Shown: piece by piece, positions 1 to 13,700 of the stretch | Layout of the letters: each line of letters starts with the position of its first letter | Numbering within the stretch: position 1 is the stretch's first letter | Assembly (NCBI GenBank): GCA_964035545.1 | Contig: OZ037765.1 | Coordinates: forward strand, 28,457,504-28,521,503 | Direction of reading: 5' to 3' | DNA from: Bugula neritina | Taxonomy: Eukaryota; Animalia; Bryozoa | DNA: 64,000 nt | Notes under the pieces: model-generated | Database searches by the model: none | What the model saw: only the letters and a program-made list of their open reading frames with translations | Told to the model about the DNA's origin: nothing | Translations under genes and position numbers: made by a program

Positions 1-211
1 GGCCCACTTGTATGAGTGTCAAGTTTCTAGGTTTGATTTGCTCTTCACAGTTACTACCAAGAGCTTAGAACTTCAGCTAACAAAGACGTAGGACTTAGAG
101 GCACACAGACAAATAAGCTACCTATTGGCTTCCTATCATCACAACTGTTTATCAACTTCAACAAGATATAATTTCCAGAATAGGTATAAACACCACCATT
201 GACAGACTCAC

Positions 212-3200
212 GGCGTGGCATGATACTTTTGTATGACTCAACAAGCTCTTTGTTGCTGGTTTCAATACGATTGAGCAGCTCTTGAAGTTGAGCCATGGTG
301 ACGGCAGAAACAGCTTTCCAAACCTTGGGATGTCCACCGGGATTACTCAGGCTGAAGATGTTCTGTCTCCTGACATCGTCAGACCTTGCAGAGAGTTGGT
401 GGAGGTCTTTGAATGCCAGTATCTACATACAAAGTATCTACATACAAAGTATCTACATACAAAGTATCTACGTACAAAGTATCTACGTACAAAGTATCTA
501 CGTACAAAGTATCTACGTACAAAGTATCTACGTACAAAGTATCTACGTACAAAGTATCTACGTACAAAGTATCTACGTACAAAGTATCTACGTACAAAGT
601 ATCTACATACAAAGTATCTACATACAAAGTATCTACATACAAAGTATCTACATACAAAGTATCTACATACAAAGTATCTACATACAAAGTATCTACATAC
701 AAAGTATCTACGTACATAGTATCTACATACAAAGTATCTACATACAAAGTATCTACATACAAAGTATCTACATACAAAGTATTTACGTACAAAGTATCTA
801 CGTACAAAGTATCTACGTACAAAGTATCTACGTACAAAGTATCTACGTACAAAGTATCTACGTACAAAGTATCTACGTACAAAGTATCTACATACAAAGT
901 ATCTACATACAAAGTATCTACATACAAAGTATCTACATACAATATATCTACATACATAGTATCTACATACAAAGTATCTACATACAAAGTATCTACATAC
1001 AAAGTATCTACATACATAGTATCTACATACAAAGTATCTACATACAAAGTATCTACGTACAAAGTATCTACGTACAAAGTATCTACGTACAAAGTATCTA
1101 CATACAAAGTATCTACATACAAAGTATCTACATACAAAGTATCTACATACATAGTATCTACATACAAAGTATCTACATACAAAGTATCTACATACAAAGT
1201 ATCTACATACAAAGTATCTACATACAAAGTATCTACATACAAAGTATCTACGTACAAAGTATCTACATACAAAGTATCTACATACAAAGTATCTACATAC
1301 AAAGTATCTACATACAAAGTATCTACATACAAAGTATCTACATACATAGTATCTACATGCAAAGTATCTACATACAAAGTATCTACATACAAAGTATCTA
1401 CATACAAAGTATCTACATACAAAGTATCTACATACAAAGTATCTACGTACAAAGTATCTACGTACAAAGTATCTACGTACAAAGTATCTACGTACAAAGT
1501 ATCTACGTACAAAGTATCTACATACAAAGTATCTACATACAAAGTATCTACATACAAAGTATCTACATACAAAGTATCTACATACAATATATCTACATAC
1601 AAAGTATCTACATACAAAGTATCTACATACAAAGTATCTACATACAAAGTATCTACATACATAGTATCTACATACAAAGTATCTACATACAAAGTATCTA
1701 CATACATAGTATCTACATACAAAGTATCTACATACAAAGTATCTACATACAAAGTATCTACATACAAAGTATCTACATACAAAGTATCTACATACAAAGT
1801 ATCTACATACAAAGTATCTACATACAAAGTATCATAGGGGGTTCTACAGTGTGTACAACTGCATGGCCACCAGCCAACAAACACACTACTTGCCTGACTA
1901 GTGAGCGAACTCAAATCTATACAATAATATCTAAAGTTCCAGAATTTTGCAATAAGTCAAAAATATGAAATGTTGGGCCAGTATCACTAGGCAACAGTCT
2001 CAATGAATTCTACAGTATTGCCATGCCTCACCAAATAGGAGAGTAACTTTCATGTTTATTAAAAATCACTGACCCTGAAACTAGCCAGTTAAAATTTCCA
2101 AATTCATCCATCAAGCTGATTCATATTCTCAATAGATTTTTTTACAACAGGTTAGAGTGTTAAACCTCAAAAGTACTAGAAATATGTCTTTAGCAACATT
2201 GACAAATATTATGACCATTCTATACAAAGCACTCAAATGGCAGAAGAAGCAAATTTGCTATCAATAAAACTAAAATTCCTCATGTAATTCAACCCAACAC
2301 ACACAAACATCGTATACTAAAAGACCTCCCTATGCTAGACCCTACAGCTACAGTGTATAACAAGCCAGGAAACCTTTGCTAGTGAATCCTCCTTCAACTC
2401 TAGGGCAGCCATGATGGAACCTTCGCCTTTAGCATCTACCATTTCATAGCTTGCATGCTAATAGAACAAAATCACAAATAGAAATATAAAACTTATAAAA
2501 TAAAGAAATATAATATATAATATAAAGCCTGTATATCAACAATACCATCTAATTATACAACAATTATAATGTTCCAAAACTTTACAGCTGAGTTGCTAAG
2601 CAACTTTCAAATAAAAAGATTATGGATTTTATATTCAAGTGATTAAAACAACATTAGAAGAAGGCTAGTGACCAGTAGTGGTTTCTGAATTTAGTGCAGG
2701 ATTGGAAATACCTTGGTCATACAGGCTTGGAAGAGGAAATGGCCAAGAGACCATGAAAATGTGACAAACACTCCGATAATATATGTCTGGTAAAAGAGTT
2801 TAACATCAACTATACTCCACCAGCTGCTGAATTCGCTAGTTTCACTGCAACAACAATAATTGTATTTTAATGTATTTTACAGCTTTATACTGTGTATTCA
2901 TATGCATTTGAATAGAAACTTCGTAAAAAATCAGATTAAAAAAAAAGTGTTAGACGTAATCCATCATATAAAGATAGCAGTTATTGTGTGGCCAATGAAA
3001 CTCTTGTAAAACATCACAGCACTAAAAGCATTAATTTGACAAGTCAGCACAGCTGCTATGTATCCAATTTTATATAGAATAATACAAAAGTAAGCGAGAC
3101 ATATTTCAACTACAAAAATATAGACCGAAATATCCCACATATTGTGAGAGTTTATCCCAAATATTGGTACAGCTATTCCATGTGATTAAAATTTACAAAG

Positions 3201-5590
3201 TAAATGTTCAAATACCACTACACCATAATAGCATGTTATAAATAGGTAATAAACTGGAGTACCTGTTATGCAGAAAAAGTAGCTTTTTCACCAACCATAC
3301 TGAGCATTGCCCTGCAAATATGATATTAACATTTATTATGTATATATACAGAGTAACAATTCAGGCAGGATGGCTGTCTTACAAGTAGATATTTTCTTAT
3401 CCTAAGCAGCATAACAATATCAGCGCGTCAAGAGCAGCATGAACAAAATGAACTTATTTAGGCTCAAAAACACAATAAATATAACATCGGCTTCTAACAA
3501 GAAAACTTTATTGTTTACAAAACTGCTTGATAGGGATGATAACTCTTACCAACTATAAAGTATGCTGGGCAATAGATAAGAAACACACGGCGAGTGAGTT
3601 TTGTGGAAGACTTTAAAATATCAGGAATTTCTTCTTTTAATCTCTTCACAACTGGCGCCTTAAACATGCATTTATTACAGAAAATCATGGAAGGAGTTTC
3701 ATCAGATTAAAGGTCTGTAGCTTATATAGTAAATTATGTTGTGATTGGCAGTAAGTGAAAAGAGTCATGGTAAATATTTGCATTATAAATTAAACATACT
3801 TCAGTAGAAGGAAATGTTAGACATTCACCACCAAATGCGGAAATATTCAATGACCATACAAATCCAACTAATGCAGCAAACTGTACTCCAAACCATTTAT
3901 GCTCATTGAGACACCTACAAAAATCGTAAACTCAGATAAAAAATCAGATCAAGTAAAAAAAATTCAATTCGAATAAGTGAAGGTGTTTTCGTTTCAACTT
4001 TCAAGGTTACACAACTCCTAACTTATACTTTTATTTTACTTTGACTACTGCTATGATACATAACCATGTGATACTGAATATATAATATAAAGTAGGGTAT
4101 AAGAGAGGTGAAACTTTTTTTAGATATTACTTAGGTGTATATAATAAACATGTGAAGCATGCAAATAAATGTATTGCTTTCATTACATGTTATGATCATG
4201 TATATTAGCACTGAGAAAATCTTATTCCACAAGTGAGCTCATGAAGGTGGAGAGAATACATGAGGAGGTAATGATGATTTGTTCAACATTTTAGAGTGCA
4301 TCACTGCTTTTTATGCATTGGATCTATGTATATGTTATTCTTAAAATGACCTGTTTTTATTAGTTATTTATTTTTCACAGTAGTCTTTTTAGCAAATACA
4401 AGCTTAAATAGTTTTCATCCTCACCGATGGGAGTCGCAGTTGATAATTAGATCTTCATATCTCCCACCAACACCCCACATCAACACCGAAGCTACAAGAA
4501 AGCTGGAGAGAGAATAGACCAGGGCTACAGAGATTGCCTTAAGATTTAGAGCAAGAGAGAGATTGTCAGCTCGGCAGCACATCCTTTCATTTACAACTAG
4601 AGAAATATACGGAAGAAACTCAGCTGATAACATGCTATGAAACGTACTGGAGTTATTCAGCAATTTAATAAACATCAACAGCTAAGATATGGCAATTCAA
4701 GTTAATGAAGATTAAGATTCTAAACTTATAGCGATGTAAGTGCTTTTGTGACAGCCGTCCATCTATATAGGATCATGGGCCTAAGCTTTACTGAAAGATT
4801 ACTGATTGCTCCAATGATTAACATTACACACAACTTGACAGGAACAGAAAACTAAATGTAACAGCTTGATAAGTAATGACTAACCTTTATATCTATTGGC
4901 TCTAAGTACCAAAACACTGAACATTACGAGGGCCACAAGTATCCAGGAACACAAGGTGGTGAATATTCCTCCAAATACACCTATATGAAATGTCAGCAAT
5001 TACCAGGTCTAAAATCACAGTCTTCAGCTGAATATATTCATATTACGTTTTAATAAACCATCAAATATGAGATATAAGAGAACTCACCAGAAAGAAAAGT
5101 TATTGGATGCAAAAGATTTAGTGTACCGAGAACACGATAAGCCCATATTAGTGGTAACAATCCCATGATGGTTAGACCAACGCTTACCATTACTCTAGGC
5201 CTGACAATCTGTTGAAAGAGAGATGAATAAACTAGATTAAACAGAATGCACAATAAATTTATCTAAAATAAAAAAGTAAAATAAACTAGGTTGATGTAGA
5301 CCAAAATAGCCAGTCAGGAAAACTCAGTAAAACTCCTTTAATTTGTTGAAATCAATTAGATTCCGCCACATTACACAACATGGTGAATCACTCCTTGGAT
5401 TCATCAAACTGGCGATTTCTTGCAGTTACAGAGAAACATATATCTAGCGTACCAAACTCAAATACAAAAAGAATAGCTGATGAATTTTTACAAAATGCGG
5501 GTAGTTACAAAGTGTTTAAGACAAAAAGTAAGACAAATGTTTTATAGGTTTACTTACTTTTTGCTGTGTATAAATTTGAACAGGTTCCAT
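212..5590 (-). CDS. NDC1: Nucleoporin NDC1 (TMEM48), N-terminal transmembrane half; gene continues off the left edge
   Basis: Phase-consistent GT-AG exons in transcript order: 5590-5558 (ccATGG, MEPVQIYTQQK, gtaagt donor), 5208-5088 (IVRPRVMVSVG...NLLHPITFLS), 4980-4885, 4596-4425, 3914-3800 (CLNEHKWF...LTFPSTE), 3658-3550, 3311-3263, 2844-2712, 2457-2374, 422-212 (ILAFKDLHQLSARSDDVRRQNIFSLSNPGGHPKVW). The motifs CLNE, FP and LAxxDL...RRQxxFSLSxPGGHPxxW match vertebrate NDC1 as I recall it. The donor at 212 is the least certain boundary. Confidence 0.9.
418..1833. repeat. 15-bp minisatellite (AGTATCTAC[A/G]TACAA), about 94 copies, in an NDC1 intron and overlapping its 3' splice site
   Basis: Directly visible tandem array. 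On the minus strand the unit reads CTTTGTATGTAG|ATA, and the last unit supplies the acceptor of NDC1 exon 422-212. Confidence 0.97.
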
Positions 5591-6599
5591 GGTTTTATTC
5601 TCAAATTATGACGACTAAATTATCAATAATGTATGTACAACATCTGCTTTACTACTCTAAAATAAAAAACAACAAAAGTCACATAACTTGGTTTTAATTG
5701 ATAGCGACGAAACATTAGTTGCAGCTCAGGAATGCATTTATCATGTAACTAAAGAGGGCAGACAAGTTTTAATAAAAATTTATACTTTTACGGCTTTGAG
5801 ACCAACTCTAATGAATTGCAACATGCATATGAAAAAGAAAATGCATTATTTGTAACTGAACTAAGCAGATGGGAAAACAGTTTGGGCGCTTCTAATAGGA
5901 CTCGTTCGAACCGAAAGTTTCAGTATAAAATAAAACAAATAAAGCAACCCAATTAAACTAAAATCCCAAACTAAAAGTTATGAACCCAGGCAAAGTAATA
6001 AGATGCACCTCTACAAATAACAGACTAGGCGCATGTTTATGTAGCTGAAGGATGTGAAGGAAAATTGTAGTTGGTCTACTTACATCTCAATTAATTTTAA
6101 AATTAAAAACCTGCATGCCCATACAATAACATTTTAAACCAATTGACTTTTTAATGTTGCTGATTTGAGTGATACTGTAAATGTATCAACTTCAAAAGGT
6201 AGAACTGCTTGGTGGTTGCAAGAGGAATATCAACACAAAATTTCATGAAAATTGGTTAAATTTATACTATAACTATAATGATAACTTTTAAACTCACTAA
6301 TAGCAATACCTCAATAGTAAAAAATCTAGCAAAAATCTATAACTGGCAATGGATTATTTTCTCAATAGTGGTTGACTTTTGAAGCAATTGCAAGTATAAT
6401 AAAATGGTAATGCTAATATTAATTTTAAATTATAATACTGTAAATTGTAATACTAATAGTAATAGCAAAGATTTAAGTTCATATTATTAATAACTGTGTG
6501 AATAGTTACAATTTAAAAGTCAGTCATATAACATAATTATATTTACAATCTTATATTAATAATTTAATTATTTTGTTTGATCCAATGATGCTTAGAGTT

Positions 6600-7200
6600 A
6601 GTCTTATGCTACTACAGTGACACTGATAGCCATAGTGAGTCTCTAACCGTTATCATTTATCACTCACTCACTCACTATCACTATGACGATTCCGATGGGC
6701 TTGCATAGTGATACTGATAGTGCAACACTTATAGCAACATTAACTGACAGACTTAGGGAGAGTAAAGCATTTACATTTAGACTACTACTAGAAATAGGAG
6801 CAAGCTTCAACATCAAGTTAAGATTCAGGCTTTTCAGTATCAGTATGTCTCATACTTATTAGTATTACTCATACTCATAGTCATACTCATAGTGATAGTG
6901 ATGCTGATAGTCATACTGGGTGAGAGTAACACTAACACTAACAGTAAGAATGACACCAACAGTAAGATTAAATATGACTATCACTATCACTATCAGTATC
7001 AGTGTGACTATCACTATGAGATCAGCATGAGTGCTACAAATTACTACGACAATCACATTCACTTTCAGTGATTGACTGGTAGTATCAGTATGAGTATGAC
7101 TCACTACTATCACCATGACTATGACTGTATCAGTATGACTATGAGTATGAGTATCAGTATGGGTATGAGTGTCTGATAGTGATTCAGTTTCACAATCACA
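6600..7200. repeat. Degenerate tri/hexanucleotide low-complexity tract (ACTCAT, ACTATC, CAGTAT, GAGTAT)
   Basis: Runs such as actcatactcatagtcatactcatag and cagtatgagtatgactc; explains the spurious HT/VI-rich ORF 6865-7233. Confidence 0.75.
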
Positions 7201-10200
7201 ATGTGAATGCCACATGAATTCAAATTTAACCATTCCAATATTTGCAATGATGCTGGCGAGCTATTGTCTATTGTTATTATAAGCACATTACTTATAATTC
7301 ATATTTAATTTTCGTGTTGATGTCCATGCTGCTCAAAGTTTCAGTTTACAAAGCTATACTTGCGGTTTGCTTCAAAATTTTTATTAAATTTAGTGCCGTA
7401 GCATGTAGTTTATAAATTAACTATTGATGTTGGGAATTAATATTTGTCTGCTATATGTCCATGTACGTATATGTCCATTCATACTTTTGCACCAAAGGCT
7501 ATAAGTGCACTGGCGGTTTTCATACACAGTAGCGATTATATTATGGGTTTTTTCGGACATGAAATTTAATGTCAGGGATGCAATTAGTACAGCTTGCTCA
7601 ATTTAAAGTTTAAATTTTGTTTAAGCAAAACAATTTGTTATGTAATAATTTATATTTAAACTTTAATTTACAAAATAATATAGTTTTTTTGCAATTATTA
7701 TACAGTGTTTATAATAAAATTTTTACATAAAAGCAAAGCAATATGCAACTTTCTTGCGTAGTTTTACATTGTTTATGAGCGTTGTGAACAAGCTTTCTGC
7801 GGTGGTATAGTCCTGCGAGAAATGTGCCAAGCCCTAAATGAAAGTTGTATCTTGTTACATTGATATCGCATTACCCAGCAAACACAAGTTCCAATTTTAT
7901 TAGAAATATTTTTGGTAAACAGTTATGTGTATTTTTAAATAAAAGTCACTTGCATATACCAACTTTTACCTAGAAGTTGCGTACAACTTCGCATTATCAT
8001 ATTTATAATTTTTATTTTATTCATTAATTTTATCATTATGATTATGATAACAGTGATGATGATTACATTTACTTGAGTTTGAAGTAGTCTTTTTTTATTT
8101 TTTATTGGTTTTTAATCTACTTAGGATTAGTACTCTATCTTATTTTTAGTACTGATATTAGGAGTAAGATAAAGTTTATTGCAGTAATGGGTTATATCCT
8201 ATAAAATGGTAAGTGATTATCATTATGATAAATAATGAAATATAATACTAATAGTCTTAGAAGTATAACTAGACGTACTAATACTAATACTAATGATTTT
8301 ATATTGTTATTGAGTATTGACTTATTCGATTTAGGTAATTTCATCAGTCAACAACTTGGAGTCCGAACTGAAAGTCAATTGCAATTTTAAAAGGAACCTA
8401 ATTAGTTGATATTAGATATACCAATTATTATTAAGGTATTCAAATATAAATTGTAACTATTTTGTGGGTATTAATTTATATTTAATTTTATATTTGAATA
8501 TATTGATTTTAAGGTGTTCGCCAAAATTCTAGTGGTAGTTAAGGGTATGCAGTAATAAGTTTGATATACGAAGTTGGCAATTGATATATATTTTCACATA
8601 TAATCAAGTGGTTTTATAATGTTGAGGTAAACTAAAAACATAAGTCATGCTTCTAGTGCTGCTATTCGATATTTTTAAAGCATTTTCAGTCTTTTTAATT
8701 TCAATTCATAGACGGTAACATTCTGTGTCACATTATTGTTTTTTTTAGCTAATGCTTTTCAACATTTAGTAGACATGGTTACATAAACAGCAATAAAATT
8801 TTTTCCAAGAAGATAACTTATTCTAAAAAGATTGTAAGAGCAAATCTTATTTTAATAAAACAGTATCATATTTTATAGACATTGCTTTTAAAAGCATTTA
8901 TATTTAAAGCAACAACACTAGTGGTTTCGTCATATTTTAGGTCAAATGCAATAAATACATGCCTGTTATGTTATTTATAATGTTTAAAATGTTTTCTTTT
9001 TTGCTATAAATTGTAGATCTCAGATGATATTTGTTCTCAGTATGATGTGCTTTTGCATTTTAAAGGATATATACCAATAAATAAGGGTAAGTAAAGTGAC
9101 TATGTTATCTAAATCTAACTTGTTTGTCATCTGCTCTGCATACATATTTTAAAACATGAAAAGTTCATGATTCAGGTTCTGTAAATGAAGTTGCATACAA
9201 TTTTTATTTAGAGGTAAAATTAGATTGTTGTTGTGTAGAGTAATATAGTTTTGTAAAATGAATGGACTAAATATTTAACTGTCATAACAAGTTAACCAAA
9301 TTAAGTCAATAATTAAGCCAGAAAGCCTCTGTTTAAGTCATCATTGTGCCAAGCAATGACTCTAACTTCTCCACCTGAGTGTACATAAACTGACATGGTG
9401 CTCAGCTACACAGATATTTAATAACATAACTTGGCTGTTAGTTTCATGTGTTTTAGCATTTGAACTAAATAAGCTAAAAACATGGGCAATTTAATAGGAA
9501 TATTATAAAACATGTTTTGATGATAATGTCATAATGCAGGTGAGGTGAATTTCATTTATAAATATTTTTACATTTATTACAAGCAACAAAGCGATTTACA
9601 AAAAGTTTGAAATGAAATCATTTGATCTTATTTAAAAAGAAGTGTAATGAAATGAAACAGTAATTTTGCTAGTAATTAATATTTCTGTCATTTTGTTCAT
9701 TACCTGATATTTTTAATAGTGTTAATATAGTGGTATACAAATTAGCAGAGACCCTAACAGTGCACTGATGACTATAGTTATGGAGCAGCCTAACTGGTAA
9801 CAATGTCAAGGGAAAAGTAAGAAAACACATTGGCCATGGTGAGAATAAAATTCTTCCAGTTATTACCATTGAACTAAAACTTACTTGTAGTTCAATGTTT
9901 ATTGTTTTGTTTATACTTAGTTAGAATTTTCTAATCTATTCAATTACTGTGCAATTACTGTTTGTTATCGCCATGAAGCTAAATTAATGTCTTTTCCACT
10001 CTTAATAGTCTATACATGCCAGATAGCTCTTTGATTGTTAGAGAAATCAATCAGACTTATCAAAAAGTGTGTTGTGAGTTGTGTGCTACTTTTCAGTAGT
10101 GCAGGTAATTATTACATCTGTAACATCATTGAGTTCTTATTTAGTCTACTGTTTGCTTAGTAAAAAGAAACCAGGCATTTGTTATTTTTTCACAGCATTG

Positions 10201-10633
10201 TATTTGCTCAATAATTCAATCCTGTTTACAGGTTTTGTGTGATATGCAATTTTCCTATTAATTACATAACAAACATTTGTGAATTAATGTATTGTAAAAA
10301 TGCTCAGTAATAATTGATAATGGTGAATGCATTCAAAAGCTATCCTATAACCTGCATCATATGCCTTTCATTACTCAACAAACTTTGTAATCTAAAGAGT
10401 TGTATAATTGTTTTAAAAGAATTAACACCTTGAAAGGCCTGCTGCTTATGCATGAATGAAACAAGGTGTGTGCTAATTTTTTACATGATGTTTATTTATA
10501 CTTCAATTCTGGTGGAAGTTTATTTGTTTTGTTCATGCAAAAAGCTATATGTACCTGCCAAGCATTGTAACATGTTTAATTGGAGTCTCTCTGGTTAAAT
10601 CTACATGCAAGTCTGTATAAGAAGTCAGTTGTC

Positions 10634-10741
10634 AATGTGTGGTGTATTGTAGAGTGAATGTGTATTATCAAGTTAATGTGTGGTGTATTGTAGAGTGAAT
10701 GTGTATCACCAAGTTAATGTGTGGTGTATTGTAGACTGAAT
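10634..10741 (+). repeat. 41-bp tandem repeat (about 2.6 copies) containing the acceptor of exon 10735
   Basis: aatgtgtggtgtattgtagagtgaatgtgtat(t/c)a(t/c)caagtt twice, then aatgtgtggtgtattgtag|actgaat. Confidence 0.9.
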
Positions 10742-13700
10742 CTGAACCTAATCACGTGGCACAGCTTGAAGCTAAGTTGGCTCACAAGTCAAGAGAGTTG
10801 CATCGGGCAGAAGAGGAAGTGATCAAACTTACTAAGCGCTGTGCTGACTTGGTTACTAGAGAACTCAAGTCTGGTATGTGTAGCCTTTTGTCCTTCAAAC
10901 CTCACTAACGTGGCGCTCAGATGACAATCATTATTTCTGTAATATTCATTATATGTAGCATGTATTGTAATATATTGGTTACGCTTTAATGTTAATAACA
11001 ATGCAGGATATATTTTTATAGATGTTATGCTAATGTGTGGAAGAGATATTCCGAAAAAATGTATATGGACTATGAGAAAGTTGTTTATGTACAACATGAT
11101 TAAACACATTTTGTATATTTCTAAAGTGTTTTTCAAATTTGACCCCTCATTTTCATGGGATTTAATACTTAATACTTTTAATTAAGTTACTAATAAAAAG
11201 TATTAAATATGCGTAGAAAATTTTTCAATTAAAGGGGTTTAGCTAACTCAATGCACACAAAGTAATATTCACCTTCAAGCTTTTGATTGAGCATATTGCT
11301 TTTTCTCCATTGCCTGCCTTAGCTGAATTTATTCTGTGCTATCTTTGCTAATTATTATGTTTGCAAAGCATTTCATAGCAACCAGCTGCATCATTGTGAT
11401 AACACATTATTATGCTAGGAATATTGAGCTGTACATCTCAGCTGTTTAATGTGTTAGACTATTGTAGATATCATTTGACTTGAGTTGACAGATATAATTT
11501 CATGTGTTGCTTTTATTAAACTCAGACCAAATTATGGAGTCTTTTACACTGATTCTTAGCCAATTCTTGTTTCTGTGTGAGAACGTTTTTTTCATTAGTA
11601 ATGTAGATAATGTTATATAGATAAAATGCCTAATATATATAATGGGAAATTAGACATAATTATAGATTGATACTTATAAATCAGAATTTACTTTGCAGGT
11701 GGAGATGGTGACTCATGGTCCCTTGGTAGTGTTGGGAGTGTGACTGAAAGTGACTCAGCTGAAGTCAAGTCACTCAAAGAGAAACTCATCAAACTCAAAC
11801 AGAATGAAAGTTATTTGAATTCTCAACTCGAAGCGCTTCAGTCAACAGTTAAACTCATGGGTGTGCTTCTGTTTTCATTTTGCTCTTCCTGAAAATTTTT
11901 TATAGTCACAATATTTATAACTTTAGGGTCTTCCTTTTAGTTTTTTTGTGTGAAAGTATACTATTTATTTTGATCAAGAGCTTTTAAGTTACAATTCAAG
12001 GTCACAACTTATATGATGCTATTTAGAAACTCAGAATTAATAGACTTTGTGAATTTAGTTTTGTATGATAGATCATAACGCTGAGCATGTAAATTTTCTT
12101 TTAAACTTTGTTGTCAATGAGTAATTAGTGAAGTTTTGAAGCATGGCGACTTACCATTATTACCAAATGTGCAATAATACTGCTTTTCAAGCTGGTGCTT
12201 TGCAGCAAAGTATAAGTGAATTTTTCTTACTTCAGTCCTGTAAAATGGTAATATGGTAAAATTTACTTCAACTTTTATGTAGTTTTCATTTTCACTCTTT
12301 TAATTTTTTGTTAATATCATACACTGTTTGCGTTGTATGTAGTTCACCCTGATGATATCGAAACCAGAGAGAAAAAGTTGAAGGCAGAGATTTCCGAGTT
12401 GAAGTTACAGATTGAAGAACTGTTAGCAAAGAACATGAAAATGACTGTTGACATTAGTGAGGTAATATACTTTACAACAGTACATACTTGGACAAGACCT
12501 GCTTGCTTTTTTTGCAGACATAACTTGTATTTCGCAGTTTTTTTATTATGTAATACCGAATACACTCTACTCAACAGATAAGTTAGTGCCTATAATAGAC
12601 AATTGATTTTTAACAAAAAATGTCATTTTTTTTGCGATATCTAATAATGTTTACAAAGTAGATAAGTACAGGACCTATCATGTACAAAACAACATGTTTC
12701 ATGTGTTACTTTTCAAACTAATGTTGATAAGGTGGAAAGTTTGAGATCAGAGGTGAAAAGGCTCCACGAGCTGAATGAGAAAAAAACAGCTTTGATTGAA
12801 GATCTACACGAGAAGCTGGCTAAATATGGCGAGCAGAATTCCGTATTGTTGGAATCCCTCCAAGAAACGACAACTTCAGAAAAGACGTTAAGAGATTCTC
12901 TCACCAAGTATGGAATATTGTGTTGGTTGTCTCAGATTAGGTTGTGTTTTATGTACACGATGGGTATTGTCAGCAATAGCTACTGTATTTTTTTGCCAAT
13001 TTGTACTTCAATAGATTTTTATATTGATCATTTATTATTATTAGGATTTGCAGTACCGAAAATGTTACCCAATTAGTAGCTGAAAGTCCAGAAATAAAAC
13101 AACTGGAGGAAAGCAAATCCGAACTTCTCAAACGACTGAGTAGCTTTGAAGACAAGGATTCTAGGTGAAAATTCCAAAACAATCTTTGTTTTCAGGAGTA
13201 GCATTAAATATTTTTAAAGTCTGTTGAGTATATATTTTATGAGACAGTTTGAACATAATGTGCGTTTCTGCAATAACTTCTGAAAAAAAGATTCTTTATT
13301 AAAATTGTTCCCCACTTGATTCTTACTTCGACAGTAACAGATCATTTACATGTTTTGATTGGATGCCTTATATTTTATGAAATTAGGGTTTTGAATAATA
13401 AGATTTTTCTACAAGCTAATTGATAATGATCTTCTCACAAGTATTAAGGACTGTCATGTAAAGCAAATGACTGGGCAGTTCACTTATATACCTACGTTTA
13501 GGTTGAGAGATCGGCTTGAACAGGTGGAAGAGCATGAGCAGCAGCTGGAAACTGAAGTTGAACAGCTGAAAGATGAGTTGCAGCTGACGAAAGACATCAA
13601 TGCTGAACAGGAGAGATCTATGCTAAGCTTGCAACAACAGCTTGAAGAATCTAAGCCAAATTCTCAAAAACAAAGAAGTAAAGATCTAAAAGATGAGCTT

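Noticed and set aside
282-1968. Long ORFs (YIQSI)n, (STYKV)n, (VDTLY)n, (TKYLH)n
   Set aside because: They arise because a 15-bp unit is stop-free in several frames; the array lies in an NDC1 intron.
6865-7233. 122-aa His/Thr/Val-rich ORF
   Set aside because: Product of the degenerate hexamer tract, with no domain features.
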